Assembly (NCBI RefSeq): GCF_009914755.1
Contig: NC_060933.1
Source of the DNA: the human T2T-CHM13v2.0 reference genome, Homo sapiens
DNA: 64,000 bases
Reading direction: 5' to 3' (one strand)
Below, in pieces: positions 1 through 13,400 of the stretch; position 1 is the first letter of the stretch; the number at the start of each line of letters is the position of its first letter. The notes below the pieces were generated by a model. That model did not search any database and was not told where the DNA came from. It saw nothing but the letters and a program-made list of their open reading frames with translations. The position numbers and the translations under genes are program-made.

Positions 1-634
1 TTCCATTCCATTCAAGTTGAATCCATTCCATTGCATTCCATTCCATTCGATTCCATTCGATTGCACTCTGGTTGATTCCATTCCATTGCATTCCATTCCT
101 TTTCATTCCATTCCATTCCTTTCCATTCCATTTCATTACATTCAGATTGATTCTATTCAACTCCCTTACACTCCATTATATTCCAATCCATTCTGGTTGT
201 TTCCATTCCATTCCATTCCATTTCACTCCATTCCATTGCACTCGGGTTGATTCCATTCCATTCCATTCCATTGCATTCCATTGCATTCCATTCCGGATGA
301 TTCCATTCCATTGCATTCCGTTCCATTACATTCCCCTGCACTCTGGTTAATTCCATTCCATTCCATTCCATTCCATTCCATTCCATTCCATTCCAATTCT
401 TTCCATTCCATTCTATTCCATACCATTCCATTCCATTCCATACAATTCCATTCCATTCCATTCCATTCCATTCCATTCAGTTCCGTTCCGTTCCGTTCCG
501 TTCCGTTCCTTTCCATTCCATTCCATTTTATTCCGGTTAATTCCATTCCATTCCATTCCATTCCATTCTATTCCATTCCATTGCAATCGAGTTGAATCCA
601 TTGCATTCCATTCCATTCCATTCCATTACATTAC

Positions 635-649
635 ATTCCGGAAGATTCC
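635..649. promoter_or_regulatory. Sequence match to a canonical 3-unit heat shock element (nTTCn-nGAAn-nTTCn); first of ~33 copies
   Basis: ATTCC GGAAG ATTCC. Other starts: 909, 1189, 5939, 6794, 7159, 10698 (AGAAG variant), 12576, 13464, 15222, 16689, 19689, 21383, 23790, 25279, 28279, 29993, 32405, 33894, 34149, 34917, 36795, 37663, 39626, 40965, 46165, 47023, 52362, 53220, 56420, 56779, 58909, 59772. The motif match is direct; HSF binding is inferred. Confidence 0.6.
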
Positions 650-900
650 ATTCCATTGCGTTCCATTCCATTCCATTCCCCTCTACTCGGGTTGATTCCA
701 TTCCATTGCATTCCATTCCATTCCATTCCATTCCATTCCGTTCCATTCCATTCCATTACATTCGGATTGATTGTATTCAACTCCCTTACTCTCCATTACA
801 TCCCATTCCATTCGGGTTGTTCCATTCCATTCCATTCCATTCCACTCCATTCCATTGCACTCGGGTTGATTCCATTCCATTCCATTCCATTCCATTCCAT

Positions 901-1460
901 ACCATTCCATTCCGGAAGATTCCATTCCATTGCGTTCCATTCCATTCCATTCCCCTACACTCGCGTTGATTCCATTCCATTCCATTCCATTCCATTCCAT
1001 TCCGTTCCGTTCCATTGCATTCCATTCCATTCCATTCCATTCCATTCCATTCCGTTCCGTTCCGTTCCATTCCACTCCATTCCATTCTATTCGCGTTAAT
1101 TCCATTCCATTCCATTCGATTGTAATCGAGTTGATTCCATTCAATTCCATTCCATTCCATTCCATTCCATTCCATTCCATACCATTCCATTCCGGAAGAT
1201 TCCATTCCATTGCGTTCCATTCCATTCCATTCCCCTACACTCGCGTTGATTCCATTCCATTCCATTCCATTCCATTCCATTCCATTCCATTCCATTCCAT
1301 TCCGTTCCGTTCCATTGCATTCCATTCCATTCCATTCCATTCCATTCCGTTCCGTTCCGTTCCATTCCATTCCATTCTATTCGCGTTAATTCCATTCCAT
1401 TCCATTCGATTGTAATCGAGTTGATTCCATTCAATTCCATTCCATTCCATTCCATTCCAT
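901..1460 (+). repeat. 280-bp local tandem duplication
   Basis: ACCATTCCATTCCGGAAGAT...TGCGTTCC...CCCCTACACTCGCG...TCGCGTTAAT...TGTAATCGAG starts at both 901 and 1181. Confidence 0.9.
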
Positions 1461-4400
1461 TCCATTCCTTTCCATTCAATTCCATTCCATTCCATTCCTT
1501 TCCATTCCATTACGGATGATTCCATTCCATTGCATTCCATTCCATTCCATTCCCCTGTACTCGGGTTGATTCCATTCCATTCCGTTCCAATCCATGCCAT
1601 TCCACTCGTGTTGATTCCATTCTTTCCATTCCATTCAAGTTGAATCCATTCCATTGCATTCCATTGCATTCGATTCCATTCGATTGCACTCGGGTTGATT
1701 CCATTCCATTCCATTCCATTCCATTCCGTTCCATTCCATTCCATTACATTCGGATTGATTCTATTGAATTCCCTTACACTCCATTACATTCCATTCCATT
1801 CGGGTAGTTTCCCTTCCATTCCATTCCATTCCTCTCCATTCCATTGCACTCGGGTTGATTCCATTCCATTCCATTCCATTCCATTCCATTCCATTCCATT
1901 TCATTCCATTCCATTCCAGATGATTCCATTCCATTGAATTCCATTCCATTCCATTCCCCTGCACTTGGGTAGATTCCATTCCATTCCCCTGCACTTGGGT
2001 TGATTCCATTCCATTCCACACCATTCCTTCCGTTCCGTTCCGTTCCATTCCATTCCGCTCCATTCTATTCGTGTTAATTCCATTCCATTCTATTCCAATC
2101 CATTCCATTGAAATCGAGTTGATTCCATTCCATTCCATTCCATTCCATTCCATTCCGGATGATTCCATTCCATTGCATTCCTTTCCATTCCATTCCCCTG
2201 CACTCGTGTTGATTCCATTCCATTCCATTCCATTCCGTTCCATTCCATTCCATTCCATTCTATTCGGGTTATTTCCATTCCATTCCATTCCATTCCATTG
2301 CAATCGAGTTGATTCCATTCCATTCCTTTCCATTCCATTCCATTGCCTTGCATTCCACTCGGGTTGATTCCATTCCCTTCTTTCCACTCCATTACATTCC
2401 CTTCCATTCCACTCGGAATGATTGATTCCATTCCATTCCATTCCATTTCATTCCATTGCAATCCATTCCAATCCATTCCATTCCATTCCATTCCACTCGA
2501 GTTGATTTCATTCCATTCCTTTCCATTCCATTCCATTCCTTTCCACTCGAGATGATTCCATTCCATGCCATTCCATTGCATTCCATTCCATGCCATTCCA
2601 CTCGGGTTGATTCCATTCTATTCCATTCTATTCCATTCCATTCCACTCCATTCCATTCCATTGCATTCCATTCCATTCCTTTCCCCTGCACTCGGGTTGA
2701 TTCCATTCCATTCCATTCCATTCCATTCCATTCCATTCCATTCCATTCCATTTTGTTCCAATCCATTCTATTCCGAACCATTCCATTCCATTCCATTCCA
2801 TTCCATTCCATTCCATTCCATGCCATTCCACTCGGGTTAATTCCATTCCTTTCCATTCCATTCGGGTTGAATCCATTCCACTCCATTCAATTCCATTCGA
2901 ATCCATTCCATTGCACTCTGGTTGATTCCATTCCATTCCATTCCATTCGATTCCATTCCATTCCATTCCATTCCATTCCGTTCCATTCCATTTCATTACA
3001 TTCAGATTGATTCTATTCAATTCCCTTACACTCCATTATATTCCAATCCATTCTGGTTGTTTCCATTCCATTCCATTCCATTTCACTCCATTCCATTGCA
3101 CTCGGTTTGATTCCATTCCATTCCATTCCATTCCATTCCGGATGATTCCATTCCATTGCATTCCATTCCATTCCATTCCCCTGCACAAAGGTTGATTCCA
3201 TTCCATTCCATTCCACTCCATTCAGTTCCGTTCCATTCCATTCTATTGCATTCCATTCTATTCGTGTTAATTCCATTCCATTCTATTCCATTCCATTCCA
3301 TTCCATTCCATTGCAATGGAGTTGATTCCATTCCATTCCATTCCATTCCATTCCGGATGATTCCATTCCATTGCATTCCATTCCATTCCATTCCCCTGCA
3401 CTCGTGTTGATTCCATTCCCTTCCATTCCATTCCATTCCGTTCCATTCCATTGCATTCCATTCTATTCCGGTTAATTCCATTCCAATCCATTCCATTCCA
3501 TTCCATTCCATTCCATTGCAATCGAGTTGATTCCATTCCATTGTTTCCATTCCATTCCATTGCCTTGCATTCCAATCGGGTTGATTCCATTCCCTTCTTT
3601 CCACTCCACTACATTCCCTTCCATTCCACTCGGAATGATTGATTCCATTCCATTCCATTCCATTTCATTCCATTGCAATCCATTCCATTCCATTCCATTC
3701 CATTCCATTCCACTCGAGTTGATTTCATTCCATTCCTTTCCATTCCATTCCATTCCTTTCCACTCGAGTTGATTCCATTCCATTCCATTCCATTGCATTC
3801 CATTCCACGCCATTCCACTCGGGTTGATTCCATTCCTTTGCATTCCATTCCATTCCATTCCATTCCATTCCATTCCATTCCATTCCATTCCGTTGCATTC
3901 CATTCCATTACATTCGGTTTGATTCTATTCAACTCCCTTACTCTCCATTACATTCCATTCCATTCGGTTTGTTCCATTCCATTCCATTCCATTCCACTCC
4001 ATTCCATTGCACTCGGGTTGATTCCATTTCATTCCATTCCATTCCGGATGATTCCATTCCATTGCATTCCATTCCATTACATTCCCCTGCACTCGCGTTG
4101 ATTCCATTCCATTCCATTCCATTCCATTCCATTCCATTCAATTCCATTCCATTTCAATTCGTTCCATTCCATTCTATTCCGTACCATTCCATTCCATTCC
4201 ATACCATTCCATTCCATTCCATTCCATTCCATTCCGTTCCATTCCGTTCCATCCCAATCCATTCCATTCCATTCCATTCCATTCCATTCCATTCCATTCC
4301 GTTCCGTTCCATTCCGTTCCATTCCATTCCATTCCATTCTATTCGGGTTAATTCCATTCCATTCCATTCGATTGCAATCGAGTTGATTCCATTCCATTCC

Positions 4401-7400
4401 ATTCCATTCCATCCCTTTCCATTCAATTACGGATGATTCCATTCCATTGCTTTCCATTCCATTCCATTCCCCTGTACTCGGGTTCATTCCATTCCATTCC
4501 ATTCCAATCCATGCCATTCCACTCGTGTTGATTCCATTCTTTCCATTCCATTCAAGTTGAATCCATTCCATTGCATTCCATTCCATTCCATTCCATTCCC
4601 CTGCAGTCGGGTTGATTCCATTCCATTCCATTCCATTCCATTCCATTCCATTCGATTCCATTCCATTCCTTTCCGTTCCGTTCCATTCCATTCCATTCCA
4701 TTTTATTCGGGTTAATTCCATTCCATTCCATTCCATTCCATTCCATTCCAGTCGAGTTGATTCCATTCCATTCCATTCCATTCCATTCCATTCCACTCCA
4801 TTCCAGTCCTTTCCATTCCATTCCACTCGGGTTGATTCCAATGTATTCCTTTCCATTCCATTCCATTCCATTGCAATCGAGTTGATTCCATTGCTTTGCA
4901 TTCCATTCCATTCCATTCCATTCCGGATGATTCCATTCCATTGCATTCCATTCCATTCCATTCCCCTGCACTCGGGTTGATTCCATACCATTCCACTCCA
5001 TTCCGTTCCATTCCATTCCATTCCATTGTATTCGTGTTAATTCCATTCCATTCCATTCCATTCCATTCCATTCCATTACAATCGAGTTGATTCCATTCCA
5101 TTCCATTCCATTCCAGTCCTTTCCATTCCATTCCACTCGGGTTGATTCCATTCTATTAGTTTCCATTCCATTCCATTCCCTTCCATTCCACTCTGGTTGA
5201 TTCCATTCCTTTCCATTCCACTCGAATACATTCCCTCCTATTCCACTCGGAACGATTCCATTCCATTCCATTCCATTCCATTCCATTCCATTCCATTCCA
5301 TTTCGTTCCATGCCATTCTATTTCGTATCATTCCATTCCATTCCATTCCATTCCATTCCATTACACTCGTGTTGATTCCATTCCTTTCCATTCCATTCGG
5401 TTTGAAGGCATTCCATTCCATTCCATTCCATTCCATTCAATTCCATTCCGTTGCATTCCATTCCATTACATTCGGATTGATTCTATTCACCTCCCTTACT
5501 CTCCATTACATTCCATTCCATTCGGGTTGTTCCATTCCTTTCCATTCCATTCCACTCCATTCCATTGCACTCGGGTTGATTCCATTCCATTCCATTCCAT
5601 TCCATTCCATTCCATTCCATTCCATTCCGGATGATTCCATTCCATTGCATTCCGTTCCATTACATTCCCCTGCACTCGCGATGATTGCATTCCATTCCAT
5701 TCAATTCCATTCCATTACAATTCGTTACATTCCATTCTATTCCGTACCATTCCATTCCATTCCATACCATTCCATTCCATTCCATTCCATTCCATTCCGT
5801 TCCATTCAGTTCCATTGCATTCCATTCCATTCTATTCGGGTTAATTCCATTCCATTCCATTCCATTCCATTCTATTCCATTCCATTTCAATCGACTTGAA
5901 TCCATTGCATTTCATTCCATTCCATTCCATTCCATTCCATTCCGGAAGATTCCATTCCATTGCATTCCATTCCACTCCATTCCCCTGCACTCGCGTTGAT
6001 TCCATTCCATTCCATTCCATTCCATTCCATTCCGTTCCGTTCCATTCCATTCCATTCCATTCCATTCCGTTCCTTTCCATTCCATTCCATTCCATTCTAT
6101 TCGGGTTAATTCCATTCCATTCCATTCGATTGCAATCGAGTTGATTCCATTCCATTGCATTCCATTCCATTCGATTACATTCGATTGCACTCGGGTTGAT
6201 TCCATTCCATTGCATTCCATTCCATCCCATTCCATTCCATTCCATTCCATTCAGTTCCAATCCTTTCCATTACATTCGGATTGATTGTATTCAATTCCCT
6301 TACACTCCATTACATTCCATTCCATTCGGGTAGTTTCCATTCCATTCCATTCCATTCCACTCCATTCCATTCCATTCCATTCCATTCCACTCCATTCCAT
6401 TCCATTCCATTCCATTCCCTCATAATCCAGTTGGTTCCATTCCATTCCATTCCATTCCATTCCATTCCATTCCATTCCGCATGATTCCATTCCATTACAT
6501 TGCGTTCCATTACATTCCCCTGCACTCGGGTTGATTCCATTCCATTCCATTCCATTCCATTCGATTCCATTCCATTCCAATTCTTTCCATTCCATTCTAT
6601 TCCGTACCATTCCATTCCATTCCATACCATTCCATTCCATTCCATTCCATTCCATTCCGTTCCGTTCCGTTCCATTCCGTTCCATTCCATTCCATTCCAT
6701 TTTACTCGGGTTAATTCCATTCCATTCCATTCCATTCCATTCTATTCCATTCCATTGCAATCGAGTTGAATCCATTGCATTCCATTCCATTCCATTCCGG
6801 AAGATTCCATTCCACTGCATTCCATTCCATTCCATTCCCCTGCACTCGCGTTGATTCCATTCCATTCCATTCCATTCCATTCCATTCTATTCCATTCCGT
6901 TCCTTTCCATTCCATTCCATTCCGTTCCGTTCCGTTCCGTTCCATTCCATTCCATTCTATTCGGGTTAATTCCATTCCATTCCATTCGATTGCAATCCAG
7001 TTGATTCCATTCCATTCCATTCCATTCCATTCCATTCCTTTCCATTCCATTACGGATGATTCCATTGCATTACATTACATTCCATTCCATTCCCCTGTAC
7101 TCGGGTTGATTCCATTCCATTCCATTCCATTCCATTCTATTCCATTCCATTCCATTCCATTCCGGAAGATTCCATTCCATTGCATTCCATTCCATTCCAT
7201 TCCCCTGCACTCGCGTTGATTCCATTCCATTCCATTCCATTCCATTCCATTTTCTTCCGTTCCATTCCATTCCATTCAATTCCATTCCATTCTGTTCCGT
7301 TCCGTTCCATTCCATTCCATTCCATTCTATTTGGGTTAATTCCATTCCATTCCATTCGATTGCAATCGTGTTGATTCCATTCCATTCCATTCCATTCCAT

Positions 7401-10400
7401 TCCATTCCATTCCATTCCTTTCCATTCCATTACGGATGATTCCATTCCATTGCATTCCATTCCATTCCATTCCCCTGTACTCGGGTTGATTCCATTCCAT
7501 TGCATTCCAATCCATGCCCTTCCACTCGTGTTGATTCCATTCTTTCCATTCCATTCAAGTTGAATCCATTCCATTGCATTCCTTTCAATTCAATTCCATT
7601 CGATTGCACTTGGGTTGATTCCATTCCATTGCATTCCATTCCATTCCATTCCATTCCATTCCATTCCGTTCCATTCCATTCCATTACATTCGGATTGATT
7701 CTATTCTATTCCCTTACACTCCATTACATTCCATTCCATTCGGGTAGTTTCCATTCCATTCCATTCCATTCCTCTCCTTTCCATTGCACTCGGGTTGATT
7801 CCATTCCATTGCATTCCATTCCATTCCATTCAATTCCATTCCGTTCCATTCCATTCCATTACATTCGGATTGATTCTATTCAACTCCTTTACTCTCCATT
7901 ACATTCCATTCCATTCCGGTTGTTCCATTCCATTCCATTCCATTCCATTCCGTTCCGTTCCGTTCCGTTCTGCTCGATTCTATTCCATTCCATTCTATTC
8001 GGCTTAAATCCATTCCATTCCATTCGATTGCAATCGAGTTGATTCCATTCCATTCCATTCCATTCCTTTCCATTCCATTACGGATGATTCCATTCCATTG
8101 CATTCCATTCCATTCCATTCCCCTGTACTCGGGTTGATTCCATTCCATTCCATTCCATTCCATGCCATTCCACTCGTGTTGATTCCATTCTTTCCATTCC
8201 ATTCAAGTTGAATCCATTCCATTGCATTCCATTCCATTCCATTCCCCTGCAGTCGGGTTGATTCCATTCCATTCCATTCCATTCCATTCCATTCCATTCC
8301 GTTCCGTTCCGTTCCGTTCCATTCCATTCCATTCCATTCTATTCGGGTTAATTCCATTCCATTCCATTGCATTCCATTCCAATCGAGTTGATTCCACTCC
8401 ATTCCATTCCATTCCATTCCACTCCATTCCAGTCCTTTCCATTCCATTCCACTCGGGTTGATTCCAATGTATTCCTTTCCATTCCATTCCATTCCATTGC
8501 AATCGAGTTGATTCCATTGCTTTGCATTCCATTCCATTCCATTCCATTCCGGATGATTCCATTCCATTGCATTCCATTCCATTCCATTCCATTCCATTCC
8601 ATTCCATTCCATTCCGTTCCATTCCATTCCATTACATTCGGATTGATTCTATTCAATTCCCTTACACTCCATTACATTCCATTCCATTCGGGTAGTTTCC
8701 ATTCCATTCCATTCCATTCCTCTCCATTCCATTGCACTCGGGTTGATTCCATTCCATTGCATTCCATTCCATTCCATTCAATTCCATTCCGTTCCATTCC
8801 ATTCCATTACATTTGGATTGATTCTATTCAACTCCCTTACTCTCCGTTACATTCCATTCCATTCGGGTTGTTCCATTCCATTCCATTCCATTCCACTCCA
8901 TTCCATTGCACTCGGGTTTATTCCATTCCATTCCATTCAATTCCATTCCATTCCGGAGGATTCCATTCCATTGCATTCCATTCCATTCCATTCCCCTGCA
9001 CTCGCGTTGATTCCATTCCATTCCATTCCATTCCATTCCATTCCATTCCATTCCATTCCTTTCCGTTCCATTCCATTCCATTCCATTGCATTCCAATCCA
9101 TTCCATTCCGTTCCGTTCCGTTCCATTCCATTCCATTCCATTCTATTCGGGTTAATTCCATTCCATTCCATTCGATTGCAATCGAGTTGATTCCATTCCA
9201 TTCTATTCCATTCCATTCCATTCCATTCCATTCCTTTCCATTCCATTCCATTACGGATGATTCCATTCCATTGCATTCCATTCAATTCCATTCCCCTGTA
9301 CTCGGGTTGATTCCATTGCATTCCATTCCAATCCATGCCATTCCACTCGTGTTGATTCCATTCTTTCCATTCCATTCAAGTTGAATCCATTCCATTGCAT
9401 TCTATTCCATTCCATTCCCCTGCAGTCGTGTTGATTCCATTCCATTCCATTCCATTCCATTCCATTCCATTCCATTCCGTTCCGTTCCATTCCATTCCAT
9501 TCCATTCTATTCGGGTTAATTCCATTCCATTCCATTCCATTCCATTCCAATCGAGTTGATTCCATTCCATTCCATTCCATTCCATTCCATTCCATTCCAC
9601 TGCATTCCAGTCCTTTCCATTCCATTCCACTCGGGTTGATTCCAATGTATTCCTTTCCATTCCATTCCATTCCATTGCAATCGAGTTGATTCCATTGCTT
9701 TGCATTCCATTCCATTCCATTCCATTTCGGATGATTCCATTCCATTGCATTCCATTCCATTCCATTCCCCTGCACTCGGGTTGATTCCATTCCATTTCAC
9801 TCCATTCCGTTCCATTCCATTCCATTCCATTGTATTCGGGTTAATTCCATTCCATTCCATTCCATTACAATCGAGTTGATTCCATTCCATTCCATTCCAT
9901 TCCAGTCCTTTCCATTCCATTCCACTCGGGTTGATTCCATTCTATTAGTTTCCATTCCATTCCATTCCCTTCCATTCCACTCTGGTTGATACCATTCCTT
10001 TCCATTCCACTCGAATACATTCCCTCCTATTCCACTCGGAACGATTCCATTCCATTCCATTCCATTCCATTCCATTCCATTCCATTTCGTTCCATTCCAT
10101 TCTATTCCGTATCATTCCATTCCATTCCATTCCATTCCATTCCATTCCATTCCATTCCATTGTACTCAGGTTGATTCAATTCCATTGCATTCCATTCCAT
10201 TCCATTCCATTCCATTCCATTCCGTTCTATTCCATTCCATTACATTCGGATTGATTCTATTCAACTCCCTTACTCTCCATTACATTCCATTCCATTCGGG
10301 TTGTTCCATTCCATTCCATTCCATTCCACTCCATTCCATTGCACTCGGGTTGATTCCATTCCATTCCATTCCATTCCATTCCATTCCATTCCATTCCGGA

Positions 10401-13400
10401 TGATTCCATTCCATTGCATTCCCTTCCATTACATTCCCCTGCACTCGCGTTGATTCCATTCCATTCCATTCAATTCCATTCCATTACAATTCGTTCCATT
10501 CCATTCTATTCCGTACCATTCCATTCCATTCCATACCATTCCATTCCATTCCATTCCATTCCATTCCGTTCCATTCCATTCCATTCCATTCTATTCGGAT
10601 TAATTCCATTCCATTCCATTCCATTCCATTCTATTCCATTCCATTGCAATCGAGTTGAATCCATTGCGTTTCATTCCATTCCATTCCATTCCATTCCATT
10701 CCAGAAGATTCCATTCCATTGCATTCCATTCCATTCCATTCCCCTGCACTCGCGTTGATTGCATTCCATTCCATTCCATTCCATTCCATTCCGTTCCGTT
10801 CCATTCCATTCCATTCCATTCCATTCCATTCCTTTCCGTTCCGTTCCATTCCATTCCATTCCATTCTATTCGGGTTAATTCCATTCCATTCCATTCCATT
10901 GCAATCGAGTTGATTCCATTCCATTCTATTACATTCCATTCCATTCCATTCCTTTCCATTCCATTACGGATGATTCCATTCCATTGCATTCCATTCCATT
11001 CCATTCCCCTGTACTCGGGTTGATTCCATTCCATTCCATTCCAATCCATCCCATTCCACTCGTGTTGATTCCATTCTTTCCATTCCATTCAAGTTGAATC
11101 CATTCCATTGCATTCCATTCCATTCCATTCCCCTGCATTCGGGTTGATTCCATTCCATTCCATTCCATTCCATTCCATTCCATTCCGTTCCGTTCCGTTC
11201 CATTCCAATCCATTCCATTCTATTCGGGTTAATTCCATTCCATTGCATTCCATTCCATTCCATTCCAATCGAGTTGATTCCATTCCATTCCATTCCATTC
11301 CATTCCATTCCATTCCGTTCCGTTCCGTTCCATTCCATTCCATTCCATTCTATTCGGGTTAATTCCATTCCATTGCATTCCATTCCATTCCATTCCAATC
11401 GAGTTGATTCCATTCCATTCCATTCCATTCCATTCCACTCCATTCCAGTCCTTTCAATTCCATTCCACTCGGGTTGATTCCAATGTATTCCCTTCCATTC
11501 CATTCCATTCCATTGTAATCGAGTTGATTCCATTGCTTTGCATTCCATTCCATTCCATTCCATTCCGGATGATTCCATTCCATTGCATTCCATTCCATTC
11601 CATTCCCCTGCACTCGGGTTGATTCCATTCCATTCCACTCCATTCCGTTCCGTTCCATTCCATTCCATTGTACTCGGGTTAATTCCATTCCATTCCATTC
11701 AATTCCATTCCATTCCATTCCATTAGAATCGAGTTGATTCCATTCCATTCCATTCCATTCCAGTCCTTTCCATTCCATTCCACTCGGGTTGATTCCATTC
11801 TATTAGTTTCCATTCCATTCCATTCCCTTCCATTCCACTCTGGTTGATACCATTCCTTTCCATTCCACTCGAATACATTCCCTCCTATTCCACTCGGAAC
11901 GATTCCATTCCATTCCATTCCATTCCATTCCATTCCATTTCGTTCCATTCCATTCTATTCCGTATCATTCCATTCCATTCCATTCCATTCCATTCCATTC
12001 CATTGTACTCGGGTTGATTCAATTCCATTGCATTCCATTCCATTCCATTCCATTCCATTCCATTCCGTTGCATTCCATTCCATTACATTCGGATTGATTC
12101 TATTCAACTCCCTTACTCTCCATTACATTCCATTCCATTCGGGTTGTTCCATTCCATTCCATTCCATTCCACTCCATTCCATTGCACTCGGGTTGATTCC
12201 ATTCCATTCCATTCCATTCCATTCCATTCCATTCCATTCCATTCCGGATGATTCCATTCCATTGCATTCCGTTCCATTACATTTCCCTGCACTCGCGTTT
12301 ATTCCATTCCATTCAATTCCATTCCATTCCATTCCATTCCATTACAATTCGTTCCATTCCATTCTATTCCGTACCATTCCACTCCATTCCATACCATTCC
12401 ATTCCATTCCATTCCATTCCATTCCGTTCCCTTCCGTTCCATTCCATTCCATTCCATTCTATTCGGATTAATTCCATTCCATTCCATTCCATTCCATTCT
12501 ATTCCATTCCATTGCAATCGAGTTGATTCCATTCCATTCCATTCCATTCCATTCCATTCCATTCCATTCCATTCCATTCCGGAAGATTCCATTCCATTGC
12601 ATTCCATTCCATTCCATTCCCCTGCACTCGCGTTGATTCCATTCCATTCCATTCTATTCCATTCCATTCCCTTCCTTTCCGTTCCATTCCATTCCATTCC
12701 ATTCCATTCCATTCCATTCCATTCCGTTCCGTTCCATTCCATTCCATTCCATTCCATTCCATTCCATTCCGTTCCGTTCCATTCCATTCCATTCCATTCT
12801 ATTCGGGTTAATTCCATTCCATTTCATTCGATTGCAATCGAGTTGATTCCATTCCATTCCATTCCATTCCATTCCATTCCTTTCCATTCCATTACGGATG
12901 ATTCCATTCCATTGCATTCCATTCCATTCCATTCCCCTGTACTCGGGTTGATTCCATTACATTCCATTCCAATCCATGCCATTCCACTCGTGTTGATTCC
13001 ATTCTTTCCATTCCATTCAAGTTGAATCCATTCCATTGCATTCCATTCCTTTCGATTCCATTCGATTGCACTCGGGTTGATTCCATTCCATTGCATTCCA
13101 TTCCATTCCATTCCATTCCATTCCGTTCCATTCCGTTCCATTCCATTCCATTACATTCGGATTGATTCTATTCAATTCCCTTACACTCCATTCCATTCCA
13201 TTCCATTCGGGTAGTTTCCATTCCATTCCATTCCATTTCTCTCCATTCCATTGAACTCGGGTTGATTCCATTCCATTGCATTCCATTCCATTCCATTCAA
13301 TTCCATTCCGTTCCATTCCATTCCATTACATTCGGATTTATTCTATTCAACTCCCTTACTCTCCATTACATTCCATTCCATTCGGGTTGTTCCATTCCAT

